Below the pieces are notes generated by a model that worked only from the letters and a program-made list of their open reading frames with translations, had not been told where the DNA came from and did no database searches. The position numbers and the translations under genes were made by a program. Below, in pieces: positions 40,268-49,410 of a stretch of DNA of 64,000 nt (its first letter is position 1; every line of letters starts with the position of its first letter). Source of the stretch: a virus (lineage: Duplodnaviria > Caudoviricetes); the IMG/VR virus record IMGVR_UViG_3300043447_000250, positions 1 through 64,000 of that record; one strand, written 5' to 3'.

Positions 40268-42442
40268 ATCAAAAGATTAATACTAAGATCAGCATTTATA
40301 ACAGCACTATTAGCCCTATGGTTACTGATATTTCCACAGGATCACGCTCACGCTGATGAGATAAGTACTGTCCAAATAACCCCATCTGAATCATCTACAG
40401 TAGTAATAGAAATAAATTCAACAGTCATTATAGAGGCAGCACAGACTGCAATAACTCAGGCTGAAACTGCCACGGCAGTCATACAGACACAAGCAGCAGC
40501 CATTACAGGACCTTCAGAGACAGTTACAGCCACTATCGCACAGGCTCAGGACTCTATCATACAGGCACAAGCAGTAGTAGATAGTGCTACTGTGGCTCTT
40601 GCTCAGGTAGATGGAGCAACCGTACTGGTTGTTGAGGCTGAGGAAAATGTTGCTGTTGCTCAAATTGCAGTTGATTCTCAAACAGCAACGGTATCATTAG
40701 GACAGACAATAGTAGATAGTGCTACTGCTACAGTAAATGCAAACACTTCACCTGGACTGACCATGACCATAATCCATAACCCTGGATACAACAATGCGCC
40801 ACCACTTAATGTTGGAAATGTTGTAAGGGTTGTTACTGACACCAATGGAATTAATGAAAACTTTGATGCTAATGCAAATTTAGTAATGGCAAATGATGAT
40901 TTTAAAGTAAGGTGGGATGGACTTTGGACACCACAAACAACTGGTACTCAATATATTACAGCCCCTGCAGATGACGGAGTTCTTTTATATTTAGATGGAG
41001 AGTTAGTCATTAATGATTGGTTTGATAAAGGTGGTGGAGGATCTACCGCAGATGTTATGACAACCGCTGGAGTGCCAAAGCAATTTAGAATGTGGTACTA
41101 CGAAAATGGCGGAGGAGCAAATATATCCTTGATTAGATATACAGGCTCTGGATGGGAAGTAATTCCTGCATCAGAATTTAGCACAACCAGTGCAAGTCCA
41201 CAACAATTACAAGCACTTGCTGAAGCAAGAAATAACCTTAATGTTGCACAGGGGGCACTAGATATTCTTGAGGGTGACTTAACTACTGCAGAGGAAGATC
41301 TAATTGAGGCAGAAGAAAATCTTCAAGATGCTCAAGATGAATTAAACTCTTTAGTGCTTCAGGTTGGAACAGCAGTAAGTATTATGGAAAATAAAGTTGC
41401 ATACGCTAATAATGCAGTTAGCCAAACACTTGCCAATGAAGAAGCAGAAAGACAAGCAGCAGAGCAAGCAAGACTAGCAGCAATTGCTGCAGAGAATGCA
41501 AGGATAGCAGCACAACAAGCATATGAAGCAGAGCAGGCTAGAATCGCTGCAGAAGCAGCCCGTGTAAAGGCTGAGGCAGAAGCAAAGGCAGCAGCGGAGG
41601 CTGCAGCAAAGGCAGAAGCAGAAAGAGTTGCTGCTGAAGAGGCTGCTAAGAAGGCAGAGGCAGAGCGAATTGCAGCAGAAGAAGCAGCAGCAAAAGCCAA
41701 GGCAGAAGCAGAAAAAGCAGATGCAGATAGATTAGAGGCTGAAGCAAAGGCGAAGGCTGCAGAAGAAGAAAAAATAAAGGCAGAACTAGAAGCAAAGATT
41801 AAGGCTGAAGAAGAAGCCAAAAAGTTAGCAGAAGAAAAAGAAGCAGAAGAGGCTAAGGCTAAAGCAGAAGCAGATAAAGCAAAGGCAGAGGAAGAAAAAT
41901 TACTAGCAGAGCAAGCAGCAAAGAAGGCAGAAGAAGAAAAACTTGCAAAGATTGCTGAAGAAGCAAAAGCAGGAAAAGAATTATCTACTGAAGAAAAAGC
42001 GGTAGTTGTAGAAGCATTGATTGCAGATCTTAAGCCAGGAGAATCAGTGTCAGCAGCACAGGTGCAGGCATCTGGTGTATCTTACGCTGATCTTCCACCT
42101 TCAACTCCGATTGAATTGAGAACAGATGAGAGTGGAAACGCTCTTGTAATTACTGCAGAGGTAGCAGCAAATGTTGAATTAGTTCAAGATCCAGGTGCAT
42201 TGTTAGAGGCAGCATTAACAGATCCAGGAGCAGCATTGGCAGCACTTGGAAGTATTGGTGCAGATATGACAGAGGAAGAAAGAGAAGAAGCAAAAGATAT
42301 GGTAGTGGCAACAGTAGTTGCAACAGGCGCAGCCCTTAATGCTGTAGGTTTGGCTACTGGAGGATCAGCACCTGCTGCTCCATCTAGTGGTTCAGCAACT
42401 GGAGCAAATTCAGGTGGTTCAAGGAGGAATGAAAAATGGTAA
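40268..42442 (+). CDS. Secreted PA14-domain protein with long coiled-coil stalk (probable ATC start)
   Basis: PA14 motif (FKVRWDG...ADDGVLLYLDGELVINDW...YYENGGGA); EAKA-rich coiled coil; the frame extends without stops to 40268 and encodes a signal peptide ending AHA. Confidence 0.75.
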   Translation: MKRLILRSAFITALLALWLLIFPQDHAHADEISTVQITPSESSTVVIEINSTVIIEAAQTAITQAETATAVIQTQAAAITGPSETVTATIAQAQDSIIQAQAVVDSATVALAQVDGATVLVVEAEENVAVAQIAVDSQTATVSLGQTIVDSATATVNANTSPGLTMTIIHNPGYNNAPPLNVGNVVRVVTDTNGINENFDANANLVMANDDFKVRWDGLWTPQTTGTQYITAPADDGVLLYLDGELVINDWFDKGGGGSTADVMTTAGVPKQFRMWYYENGGGANISLIRYTGSGWEVIPASEFSTTSASPQQLQALAEARNNLNVAQGALDILEGDLTTAEEDLIEAEENLQDAQDELNSLVLQVGTAVSIMENKVAYANNAVSQTLANEEAERQAAEQARLAAIAAENARIAAQQAYEAEQARIAAEAARVKAEAEAKAAAEAAAKAEAERVAAEEAAKKAEAERIAAEEAAAKAKAEAEKADADRLEAEAKAKAAEEEKIKAELEAKIKAEEEAKKLAEEKEAEEAKAKAEADKAKAEEEKLLAEQAAKKAEEEKLAKIAEEAKAGKELSTEEKAVVVEALIADLKPGESVSAAQVQASGVSYADLPPSTPIELRTDESGNALVITAEVAANVELVQDPGALLEAALTDPGAALAALGSIGADMTEEEREEAKDMVVATVVATGAALNAVGLATGGSAPAAPSSGSATGANSGGSRRNEKW

Positions 42443-42606
42443 AACTAATCAAGGATATTCTTGATCAACAATGGACTCTCCTAGGCATGTTTATCGCTTG
42501 GGTTGTTTTGGACGGTAGTGCAAAGACAGTTGTTGGTTATGGAATTATATTTACAATGCTAACTTGGATATTAAGTTATCCAATTAGAAATAGAGGAGAT
42601 GAGTAA
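42436..42606 (+). CDS. Small two-TM membrane protein (56 aa; not in the ORF track)
   Basis: Translated by hand: MVKLIKDILDQQWTLLGMFIAWVVLDGSAKTVVGYGIIF...; SD AGGAGG. Confidence 0.65.
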   Translation: MVKLIKDILDQQWTLLGMFIAWVVLDGSAKTVVGYGIIFTMLTWILSYPIRNRGDE

Positions 42607-42833
42607 TGAAAGATAAAACAATGTATCTTCTAGCCATGATGGTAGGAGCAGCAATTTTAGCAGCAATCATAGGAGACTATGTAGTTGCAGGTATAGAAAC
42701 ACAAACTACAGGAGAAGCCGTTGAGGTTTCTTCAGATGTTATGACTCTTGTCCAAACAGCACTTGGTGGTGTCATAGGTATCCTTGGAGGATACTTTGGA
42801 TCAAAGGGTAGTAACAAGGATAAGGAGGACTAA
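42606..42833 (+). CDS. Small two-TM membrane protein
   Basis: Two hydrophobic segments; GGYFG C-terminus; SD GAGGAG. Confidence 0.65.
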   Translation: MKDKTMYLLAMMVGAAILAAIIGDYVVAGIETQTTGEAVEVSSDVMTLVQTALGGVIGILGGYFGSKGSNKDKED

Positions 42834-42834
42834 C

Positions 42835-43134
42835 ATGAACAGTATTACAAACATTTGGAATATCCTTATGCGTATTGTTGCAGTCTTTGCAGCAAATGCT
42901 CTAGCAGTAATTGGAGCAGGAGCAATTGCAGGGATCTCAGTAGCAAAGGCTATGACCGTTGCTGGACTTAGTGCAGTAGCAGTAGTTGTTGAGAAGTTGG
43001 CTCGTGCATTTATGGATGACGGTAAACTCACAAGAGATGAAATTAATGCAGCATTTTCTACAACAGACAAGAACGCAGTAACAGTGCAGGATGCAGCAGT
43101 AGAAACACGCAGAAAAAGATCAAAGACAGCATAA
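42835..43134 (+). CDS. Small membrane protein
   Basis: SD AAGGAGG; two hydrophobic helices, then DDGKLTRDEINAAF. Confidence 0.65.
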   Translation: MNSITNIWNILMRIVAVFAANALAVIGAGAIAGISVAKAMTVAGLSAVAVVVEKLARAFMDDGKLTRDEINAAFSTTDKNAVTVQDAAVETRRKRSKTA

Positions 43135-43156
43135 GTAAGCATAGATAAAGGCTTAT

Positions 43157-43185
43157 TTGACAGCCCCTTCTAGAACTGGTATACT
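43157..43185 (+). promoter_or_regulatory. Sigma70-type promoter embedded in a hairpin
   Basis: TTGACA-17 nt-TATACT. Confidence 0.75.
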
Positions 43186-43215
43186 TGATATATCGTACCT
43201 AGAAGGGGTTTTTGT

Positions 43216-43746
43216 ATGACATGTATTGCTGTTGTTCGTGATGAAGTAAACAATAAAATCTATATGGCTGGTGATCGTGGTGCATCAGACAACTCTACTA
43301 TTCTACCATTAACTGCCCCAAAGGTGTGGAAACTAGGCCCATATCTAATTGGATATGCAGGCTCTATGGACGGGGAGCGTCTTCGTTATAACTTTAACCC
43401 CTATGTTCCTGACATTAAAGATACAGACAAGTTTATGCAGACTAAGTTTATTAAACAACTCAAGCAGTTTTATACTGATTGGTGGGTAGAGACTGGAAAA
43501 GATTCAGACTTTGGATTGATAGTTGCAGTTCGTGGAGAAATCTATGAGCATAGTGCGGGAGACATGTCACTATCTAAGTACAATGTTCCATTCTTGGCGA
43601 TGGGCTCTGGCTCAGATTTTGCTATGGGGTACCTTGATGCAACAAAAACAACCAAGGATGCCCGTAAGCGTGTGGTAGGAGCGGTGAACTCTGCAATTAA
43701 GTTTAGCCCAACATGCATGGGCCCAGTTGACGTAGTAAGTATTTAA
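43216..43746 (+). CDS. HslV/proteasome-beta-like Ntn hydrolase
   Basis: N-terminal Thr (MTCIAV), AGDRGAS, K, GYAGS, AMGSGS. Confidence 0.8.
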   Translation: MTCIAVVRDEVNNKIYMAGDRGASDNSTILPLTAPKVWKLGPYLIGYAGSMDGERLRYNFNPYVPDIKDTDKFMQTKFIKQLKQFYTDWWVETGKDSDFGLIVAVRGEIYEHSAGDMSLSKYNVPFLAMGSGSDFAMGYLDATKTTKDARKRVVGAVNSAIKFSPTCMGPVDVVSI

Positions 43747-43761
43747 GGGTATACTTATAAT

Positions 43762-43956
43762 ATGAACGAAGAGTTATCAATAGAAGAACAAGAGTTTGGT
43801 ATTTGGATTACCAACGGTATTGAGCGGGGATGGATCACAGAACCGTATTGTGATACTCATGATGGTGGATACCAGTACATGAGTGAAGAAGAGATTGAAG
43901 AATGGGAGCAAGGTGGAGACCCATGTTGCCATGTTGTAAGGTTGATGATTTCGTAG
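43762..43956 (+). CDS. Hypothetical protein (leaderless)
   Basis: TTGACG-17-TATACT-6-ATG; CDTHDG...DPCCHVVR. Confidence 0.65.
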   Translation: MNEELSIEEQEFGIWITNGIERGWITEPYCDTHDGGYQYMSEEEIEEWEQGGDPCCHVVRLMIS

Positions 43957-43982
43957 TGCCTCATGTATAGGGAGTTTACCTG

Positions 43983-44630
43983 TTGAGTATATTTTTAAAA
44001 AACAACATCTACGGATCTGAGTTTTGGGTTAATTCAGAAGAACTTAGTTTGTTAGAGATACTTGATGGGTCTGCTATGCCAGAAAACTGGAAACGATTTA
44101 ATTTAATTTCAAGCGCCTATGATCGTTTTTTAATCAAGCCAGTAAATCCTTATGTAGATAATCTATATCCAAAACCAGAGATAGTTTCGTTCGATAAAGA
44201 AAATTTAAGCATTATCTTAAGGCAAAGAACACATGCTGAAATATGGGTTGAAAAAAGAAAAGAATCTTTGTATGCGCTAGATAAGTGTTGGCAAAGACAA
44301 TTTTATCCATCAAAAAATAAGTACGAAGACTTGAATTGTTTTTCCCCAACATTTAGATTTTATATGCCATGGATATTTGATAGGGAAAGAGATGCAATTG
44401 TTTGTGGGGTTGATGATAGTCCCTTTTCTGTAAAAAAACAAATAGTTAAATTTAAACAGGCTAGAGAAGAAGCACCTAACAACTTTGTTGATTTTAAGAT
44501 TAAAAGTTCAGGTAAACATATGGTAAATGATAAATATGGTATCATTGATATTGGGTCTACAATGTATGACATTCATATTAGTTTAACTGAAAAGGAAGTG
44601 GAGGCCATAGATGAACAATACAGAAAATGA
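43983..44630 (+). CDS. Hypothetical protein
   Basis: Long ORF with TTG start; weak resemblance to the following family (FRFYMPWI...DSPF...GIIDIGSTMYDI). Confidence 0.55.
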   Translation: MSIFLKNNIYGSEFWVNSEELSLLEILDGSAMPENWKRFNLISSAYDRFLIKPVNPYVDNLYPKPEIVSFDKENLSIILRQRTHAEIWVEKRKESLYALDKCWQRQFYPSKNKYEDLNCFSPTFRFYMPWIFDRERDAIVCGVDDSPFSVKKQIVKFKQAREEAPNNFVDFKIKSSGKHMVNDKYGIIDIGSTMYDIHISLTEKEVEAIDEQYRK

Positions 44631-45351
44631 AAAAATAATTACTTTTGTTCCTAGTGGTGACGAGAGCCTGCTTCTTGAGCCAGAGCCATCATATAAAAAG
44701 ATACCTCAGTGGTATAGAGATCTTGGAAAGCATTATAACTCTAATGATCTTGGCGACCTTAATCCAATTAATGATAGGGGCGGAGACGGCTCCAATGTCT
44801 CAACAAAACTTTGCTTGCCATTTCAAGATGCCATGAGTCTTGGGTATATGTACTGCTTAGAAGATGACCTACATGTTACACTTGATATTAATGGAAAGCC
44901 AGAGTTATCCTGGTCAGCAGACTTTATGATGATGGATAAGAGGCCAAATGTAGACTTGGCAATTCCAGAGGATGTTCATCCACTGCATTTTGGAGTAAAG
45001 ATGCAATGGTTCTACGAAACTCCAGAAAATTACTCTTTGCTTTTGACTATGCCTATTAATAGACCAGACCTGCCATTCTGGATCCCGTCAGGTATAGTTG
45101 ATTCTGATATTTGGGGCTTGCCTGCATTTTTACCATTTTTCCTTAAAAGAAATTTTGAGGGGGTTATTCCAAAGGGTACACCAATTGCACAGATGATACC
45201 AATCAAGCGAGAGCCTTGGAATATGGTTGTTGATACCTCACAAGAGGCACGAGATAAGCATGAGTGGATGTCAGAAAATAGAAGGTCTCACATCACTGCA
45301 CATTATAGAAAATGGGCATGGCGTAAAAAGCAATACAAAAGCACGATGTAG
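44611..45351 (+). CDS. Unknown-function family protein (DUF6065/dUTPase-fold-like), copy 1
   Basis: PEPSYKKIPQWY..K.C.PF.D...GY..SGIVDSD..GVIPKGTPIAQMIPIKRE.W. Confidence 0.65.
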   Translation: MNNTENEKIITFVPSGDESLLLEPEPSYKKIPQWYRDLGKHYNSNDLGDLNPINDRGGDGSNVSTKLCLPFQDAMSLGYMYCLEDDLHVTLDINGKPELSWSADFMMMDKRPNVDLAIPEDVHPLHFGVKMQWFYETPENYSLLLTMPINRPDLPFWIPSGIVDSDIWGLPAFLPFFLKRNFEGVIPKGTPIAQMIPIKREPWNMVVDTSQEARDKHEWMSENRRSHITAHYRKWAWRKKQYKSTM

Positions 45352-45383
45352 TATAATAGACTAATAGCAATAAGGAGAAAAAG

Positions 45384-46046
45384 ATGCTAAACATTAGAGA
45401 AAACCGTACTCCAACAAACAAGGAGCACAAGTTTTTTGAAAGATATCTGGACAACGATCTGCAAGATCTTCAAAAGTTCTTAGAAGAAAAGTATAAACTT
45501 ATTGAGGCTGCACAATTGCGTGGTGTTTCAGACCTAGAGAATGATGAGAAGTACTGGTTTGACTCTGGTAGCCTTTCTACTGTAAAGTGGAGAGAGTATA
45601 ACGTGTTTCAACTTTATCATGCTGGACTTCATAATCTGTATAAGGCGCTATCAGATACTGTTAAGGAAGCGTGTGAATACTATGGCGTTGATTTTGAAAA
45701 GGAACAATACTACGTTCAAGGCTGGTTTAATATCAATCACGCCAATGTCGGTAAGTTAAACTGGCACGACCATGGTGGACCATGGGCACCACACTTCCAC
45801 GGATATTACTGTGTCAATGCAGAGCCATCGATCACACACTACAGACTATTTAATGATGAGTCAAGACTTGTTGAAAATGTAAATAAGAATAATAGACTTA
45901 TTGTGTCCGAGATGGGTCACCCACATGCTATGGGAGATTGGACTTGGGAAGGCTCTAGAGTAACAGTTGCTTATGACATTGAGCCTCTGAGCGCTCTCAT
46001 TAATAACTATGGTACTGTCCAGCAACATTGGATTCCATTAATTTAA
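45384..46046 (+). CDS. 2OG-Fe(II) oxygenase-like protein (HxH type)
   Basis: QGWFNIN...WHDH...HGYYCV...H...RVTVAYD. Confidence 0.65.
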   Translation: MLNIRENRTPTNKEHKFFERYLDNDLQDLQKFLEEKYKLIEAAQLRGVSDLENDEKYWFDSGSLSTVKWREYNVFQLYHAGLHNLYKALSDTVKEACEYYGVDFEKEQYYVQGWFNINHANVGKLNWHDHGGPWAPHFHGYYCVNAEPSITHYRLFNDESRLVENVNKNNRLIVSEMGHPHAMGDWTWEGSRVTVAYDIEPLSALINNYGTVQQHWIPLI

Positions 46047-46882
46047 TGAAAACAATTTTTGTCCATATTTGGGGATATAAGAGTAGGTCACTTGCTGATG
46101 CGGTGGATACTCTTATATCCAACCAAAGTGGAGAAAATCAGATCACGGTTTCTGTACATGATCAAACCAATCTTACTAGGAAAGATAAGTTCCCATGCCG
46201 TTATAGTCATGTTCCGTGGGATACAATGGAATCTCCATATAAACTATTAGAGAAATCAATTGCTAATGTTAACGAAGATTTTTTTATGTATGTCAACGGC
46301 GCAATTTCATTTGAAGAAAACTGGGATACCAAGTTGCTAGAGCAGTATAATGATAAAGTTATTATATCTGGCAATCACGGTATTGATTTTTATAGTGAGT
46401 ATAAGTTCCGTCCAGCCTATAGTAAGAGGCCTATTGATAATGTAGAGGTAACTAATTGGATTACCAATGATTTTATTTTTGCAAAGACTTCAACATTTAG
46501 AAAAGCACCAAGTATATCTGGATTAAAGTATTTTGGCTTAGAAGATATCTACTCAATCTATGCAGCCCAGAATGGAGTAAGCATTTTTGCTATGCCAACA
46601 TCATTTTGCAAAAGGCTAGATGTGGAAGTACAGGACTTTGACTATGTTCCATTCTCTCTTAATCATGGGTATAAAAAAGTTATAGATACCTATCATGGGG
46701 AAAACGCCTTCTTTTTAAATGCAAGGGAGGGCGTCTATAAGTTATCAGAACTTCTCAACTTTGAGTTCTATAAATTATATAAAATGCCTTTTGAAACCGA
46801 CGACGTTTCCTATAATGTTAAGATGGACTATGATGTCAAAAGTGTTGAAAAGTTTCTTGAAAATATTAGATATATTGGATAG
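46046..46882 (+). CDS. GT-A glycosyltransferase-like protein (GT60/Gnt1-like, possibly degenerate)
   Basis: IFVHIWGYKS...EDFFMYVNGAISFEENWDTKL...YFGLEDIYSI resembles IFVSIASYRD...QIDSH.RF..WD..L...F.GEE. Confidence 0.5.
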   Translation: MKTIFVHIWGYKSRSLADAVDTLISNQSGENQITVSVHDQTNLTRKDKFPCRYSHVPWDTMESPYKLLEKSIANVNEDFFMYVNGAISFEENWDTKLLEQYNDKVIISGNHGIDFYSEYKFRPAYSKRPIDNVEVTNWITNDFIFAKTSTFRKAPSISGLKYFGLEDIYSIYAAQNGVSIFAMPTSFCKRLDVEVQDFDYVPFSLNHGYKKVIDTYHGENAFFLNAREGVYKLSELLNFEFYKLYKMPFETDDVSYNVKMDYDVKSVEKFLENIRYIG

Positions 46883-46906
46883 TGGTATAATTGATCAGGA
46901 GGGTTT

Positions 46907-47452
46907 ATGCTAAAGAGACCGATTGTTATTGAAGATTTTATAGAAGAAGAAGATGCCTTAGTCTTGCTAGAAGAGATGAAGAGGCCATCTGAATCAAACC
47001 CATACCCAGAATATTACAAGAAAAGATATGGTGGCACTGCCTACCCATATAATAGTAGGGTACTGGCAATTCAAAAAAAGTATGCTATCAAGTCAAACCT
47101 AGTACATCAAAGACTAAATCCAGAAGAGCAAAAAGAAATTAAAACCTTTAAGTGCTTTGGATCTATCTGGTCTACTGGAGGATATGGCTCAGTCCATATT
47201 GACGACCAAGACCCAGAGCCATTTATCGAATACAGCACTGTAATATATTTAAATGATAACTTTGAGGGTGGAAAGATATTTTTCCCAACTATGTCTTTTG
47301 AATATACACCAAAGAAATACTCTGCAGTATTTTTTATAAGCGAGGGCAATGACTGGAAACACGGAATCACTCCCATTGAAAGTGGAGAAAGGTCTACTCT
47401 GTTATACATGCACACAACAGAAATTGAGCATGTAGATCCAGATCTGGACTAG
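46907..47452 (+). CDS. Prolyl-4-hydroxylase-like 2OG-Fe(II) oxygenase
   Basis: HIDD, VIYLNDNFEGG, HGITPIESGER. Confidence 0.85.
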   Translation: MLKRPIVIEDFIEEEDALVLLEEMKRPSESNPYPEYYKKRYGGTAYPYNSRVLAIQKKYAIKSNLVHQRLNPEEQKEIKTFKCFGSIWSTGGYGSVHIDDQDPEPFIEYSTVIYLNDNFEGGKIFFPTMSFEYTPKKYSAVFFISEGNDWKHGITPIESGERSTLLYMHTTEIEHVDPDLD

Positions 47453-47467
47453 AGGATAGAGAATATT

Positions 47468-48145
47468 ATGATGACATATAAAAAACTTGGCGATGGCTTG
47501 GTTTACTACCAGAATGTTATAGAGAATCCAGAACAGATTATTTTGGATTTAGAAAATCTTAATGACCGTGCAGTTAAAGACATTAGTTCTGGTAATTTGG
47601 CTGCATCTTTTTCTTCAGCACAACCGTGGCATAATTGGGACTATGGAGATGGAGAAAGCAAACTCCACTTCTGCAAACAAAAATGGCTACCTAGGTCTGA
47701 GGATATAGATAAGCAAGACATGTACTATGAAGAGTTCTCATCTATATCTGATAGACTATTTGCTGGTTTAGATAAAAGTTTTGAACACTACTCCAAAGAG
47801 ATCTATCCATATGCATCCACAAATATCAAAGGCAAAGAGGATAGGATGAGCGTTTTGAAGTATGAGACCGCTGGCTATCTTCCAGCACATACGGATCATG
47901 GAATAAGCAGCAGAACTTTGTCCGTGGTTCTTTATCTTAATGATGATTATGAAGGTGGGGAGATCACATTTCCATATGTCGGTGATGGCGTAACAATAAA
48001 GCCAACTGCTGGCAGCGCTATCTTCTTCCCATCCATGTTCGTCTATGTTCACGAGGTGTCAGCAGTCACTAGCGGTACAAGGTATGCACTACCTAATTGG
48101 TACCACAATATGGTAAATAAGATTAACTCTGATGGGAGTGTATAA
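47468..48145 (+). CDS. Prolyl-4-hydroxylase-like 2OG-Fe(II) oxygenase
   Basis: HTDH, VLYLNDDYEGGE, HEVSAVTSGTRY. Confidence 0.88.
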   Translation: MMTYKKLGDGLVYYQNVIENPEQIILDLENLNDRAVKDISSGNLAASFSSAQPWHNWDYGDGESKLHFCKQKWLPRSEDIDKQDMYYEEFSSISDRLFAGLDKSFEHYSKEIYPYASTNIKGKEDRMSVLKYETAGYLPAHTDHGISSRTLSVVLYLNDDYEGGEITFPYVGDGVTIKPTAGSAIFFPSMFVYVHEVSAVTSGTRYALPNWYHNMVNKINSDGSV

Positions 48146-48321
48146 TGGAAGATATGGATAAGGTAACTAAGTTAGAGATGGAACTAAAGTTTATGTATAA
48201 TAAATATGAAGAACTGTGTGTTGCCTACAAGAAGTTGGCAACATCACTTGGAAAAGTTGATCCAAATGTTGTACATGATATGAGCAAAATGAAGTTTGCA
48301 GAAAATAACAAGGGAGAATAA
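48145..48321 (+). CDS. Small hypothetical protein (58 aa; not in the ORF track)
   Basis: Translated by hand; coupled and fills the gap before the endolysin. Confidence 0.5.
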   Translation: MEDMDKVTKLEMELKFMYNKYEELCVAYKKLATSLGKVDPNVVHDMSKMKFAENNKGE

Positions 48322-48323
48322 AC

Positions 48324-49106
48324 ATGGCGGTAAAGGGCTCAGTAGAGGCAATCATTGAGGTTGCTAAGAAAGAAATTGGAACCATTGAAGGTCCAAAAGA
48401 TAATGAGACAAAGTACGGTAAGTGGACTGGTGCTAACTTCCAGCCATGGTGTCAGTCATTTGTTTCATGGTCAGCATACACATCAGGACTAGATGCAAAG
48501 AAGTATCCAAAGACTGCTTCAACAGTAGCAGCAGCAGACTTCTTTAAGAAGAATAATCGATGGGCAGATGCTCGTAACGATGATCCAACTCCAGGAGACT
48601 GGATCTTCTTTGATTTCCCAGATGATGGTGTAAATAGAATTTCACACGTAGGTCTTTGCATTAAGAATAATGGCGATGGAACTATCCAAGTTATTGAAGG
48701 AAATACTTCAGGAACTGCAAAGGGAGATCAGCGAAATGGCGGAATGTGTGTAGAAAAGACACGTGCATATGTAAAGCATAAGACACTAATGAATGCAGTA
48801 GTTGGTTGGGGTCGTCCAATCTATGTAGGAGAAGAGAATGCTCCTCTATTATCTAAGGGTGGAGTAGTTACAGAATCAAAGCCTGCTCCAAAGTCAGCAG
48901 TTAAGAAGTCTGCAACATTTAAGCCACTCAAGAATGGCTCTAAGGGAACTGGTGTTAAGACTGTACAGACGCTTCTTGGTATCAAGGCTGATGGTTCATT
49001 TGGTCCAGGTACTGCAAAGGCTGTTCAAGACTTCCAAAAGAAGGCGGGACTGCCAGCAACAGGTATTGTTGATCAGGCTACATTAAAGGCATTGAAGGCT
49101 AAGTAA
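48324..49106 (+). CDS. Endolysin: CHAP domain + peptidoglycan-binding domain
   Basis: PWCQSFVSW, HVG, IEGNT; C-terminal ADGSFGPGTAKAVQDFQK...TGIVDQAT (PG_binding_1). Confidence 0.9.
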   Translation: MAVKGSVEAIIEVAKKEIGTIEGPKDNETKYGKWTGANFQPWCQSFVSWSAYTSGLDAKKYPKTASTVAAADFFKKNNRWADARNDDPTPGDWIFFDFPDDGVNRISHVGLCIKNNGDGTIQVIEGNTSGTAKGDQRNGGMCVEKTRAYVKHKTLMNAVVGWGRPIYVGEENAPLLSKGGVVTESKPAPKSAVKKSATFKPLKNGSKGTGVKTVQTLLGIKADGSFGPGTAKAVQDFQKKAGLPATGIVDQATLKALKAK

Positions 49107-49306
49107 TGGAGTCAACAAAGAGATCAACAGCAAAAACAGTTAGTTGGGAAACCTTTCACCTTGTAGTGCTTGCTGGAATCATTTACTTGTTTACTGGTGA
49201 GTGGGAGTATGCAAGCATCGGTGCAGTACTATATATTGCTATCGAAACACTTGGATATTTTGTTCATGAAAGATTATGGGCAAGATTTGGGAAAGGAGTT
49301 AAATAA
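49106..49306 (+). CDS. DUF2061-like membrane protein
   Basis: ESTKRSTAKTVSW...YFVHERLW. Confidence 0.8.
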   Translation: MESTKRSTAKTVSWETFHLVVLAGIIYLFTGEWEYASIGAVLYIAIETLGYFVHERLWARFGKGVK

Positions 49307-49410
49307 TGCGTATTAAAATTATTAAGTTTATCGTTAGGGTACTTGGATACGAATGGGGCGGAGATAGCCTTAAGTTGCCATACTGGACTGTAAAAGAAAA
49401 GAAAAAGTAA
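49306..49410 (+). CDS. Small hypothetical protein (34 aa; not in the ORF track)
   Basis: SD AAGGAG; coupled at both ends. Confidence 0.45.
   Translation: MRIKIIKFIVRVLGYEWGGDSLKLPYWTVKEKKK

Noticed and set aside
41440-41970. Repetitive GCAGAAGAA/GCAAAGGCA tract as a DNA repeat array
   Set aside because: Explained by the E/A/K coiled-coil coding sequence; no fixed-length units
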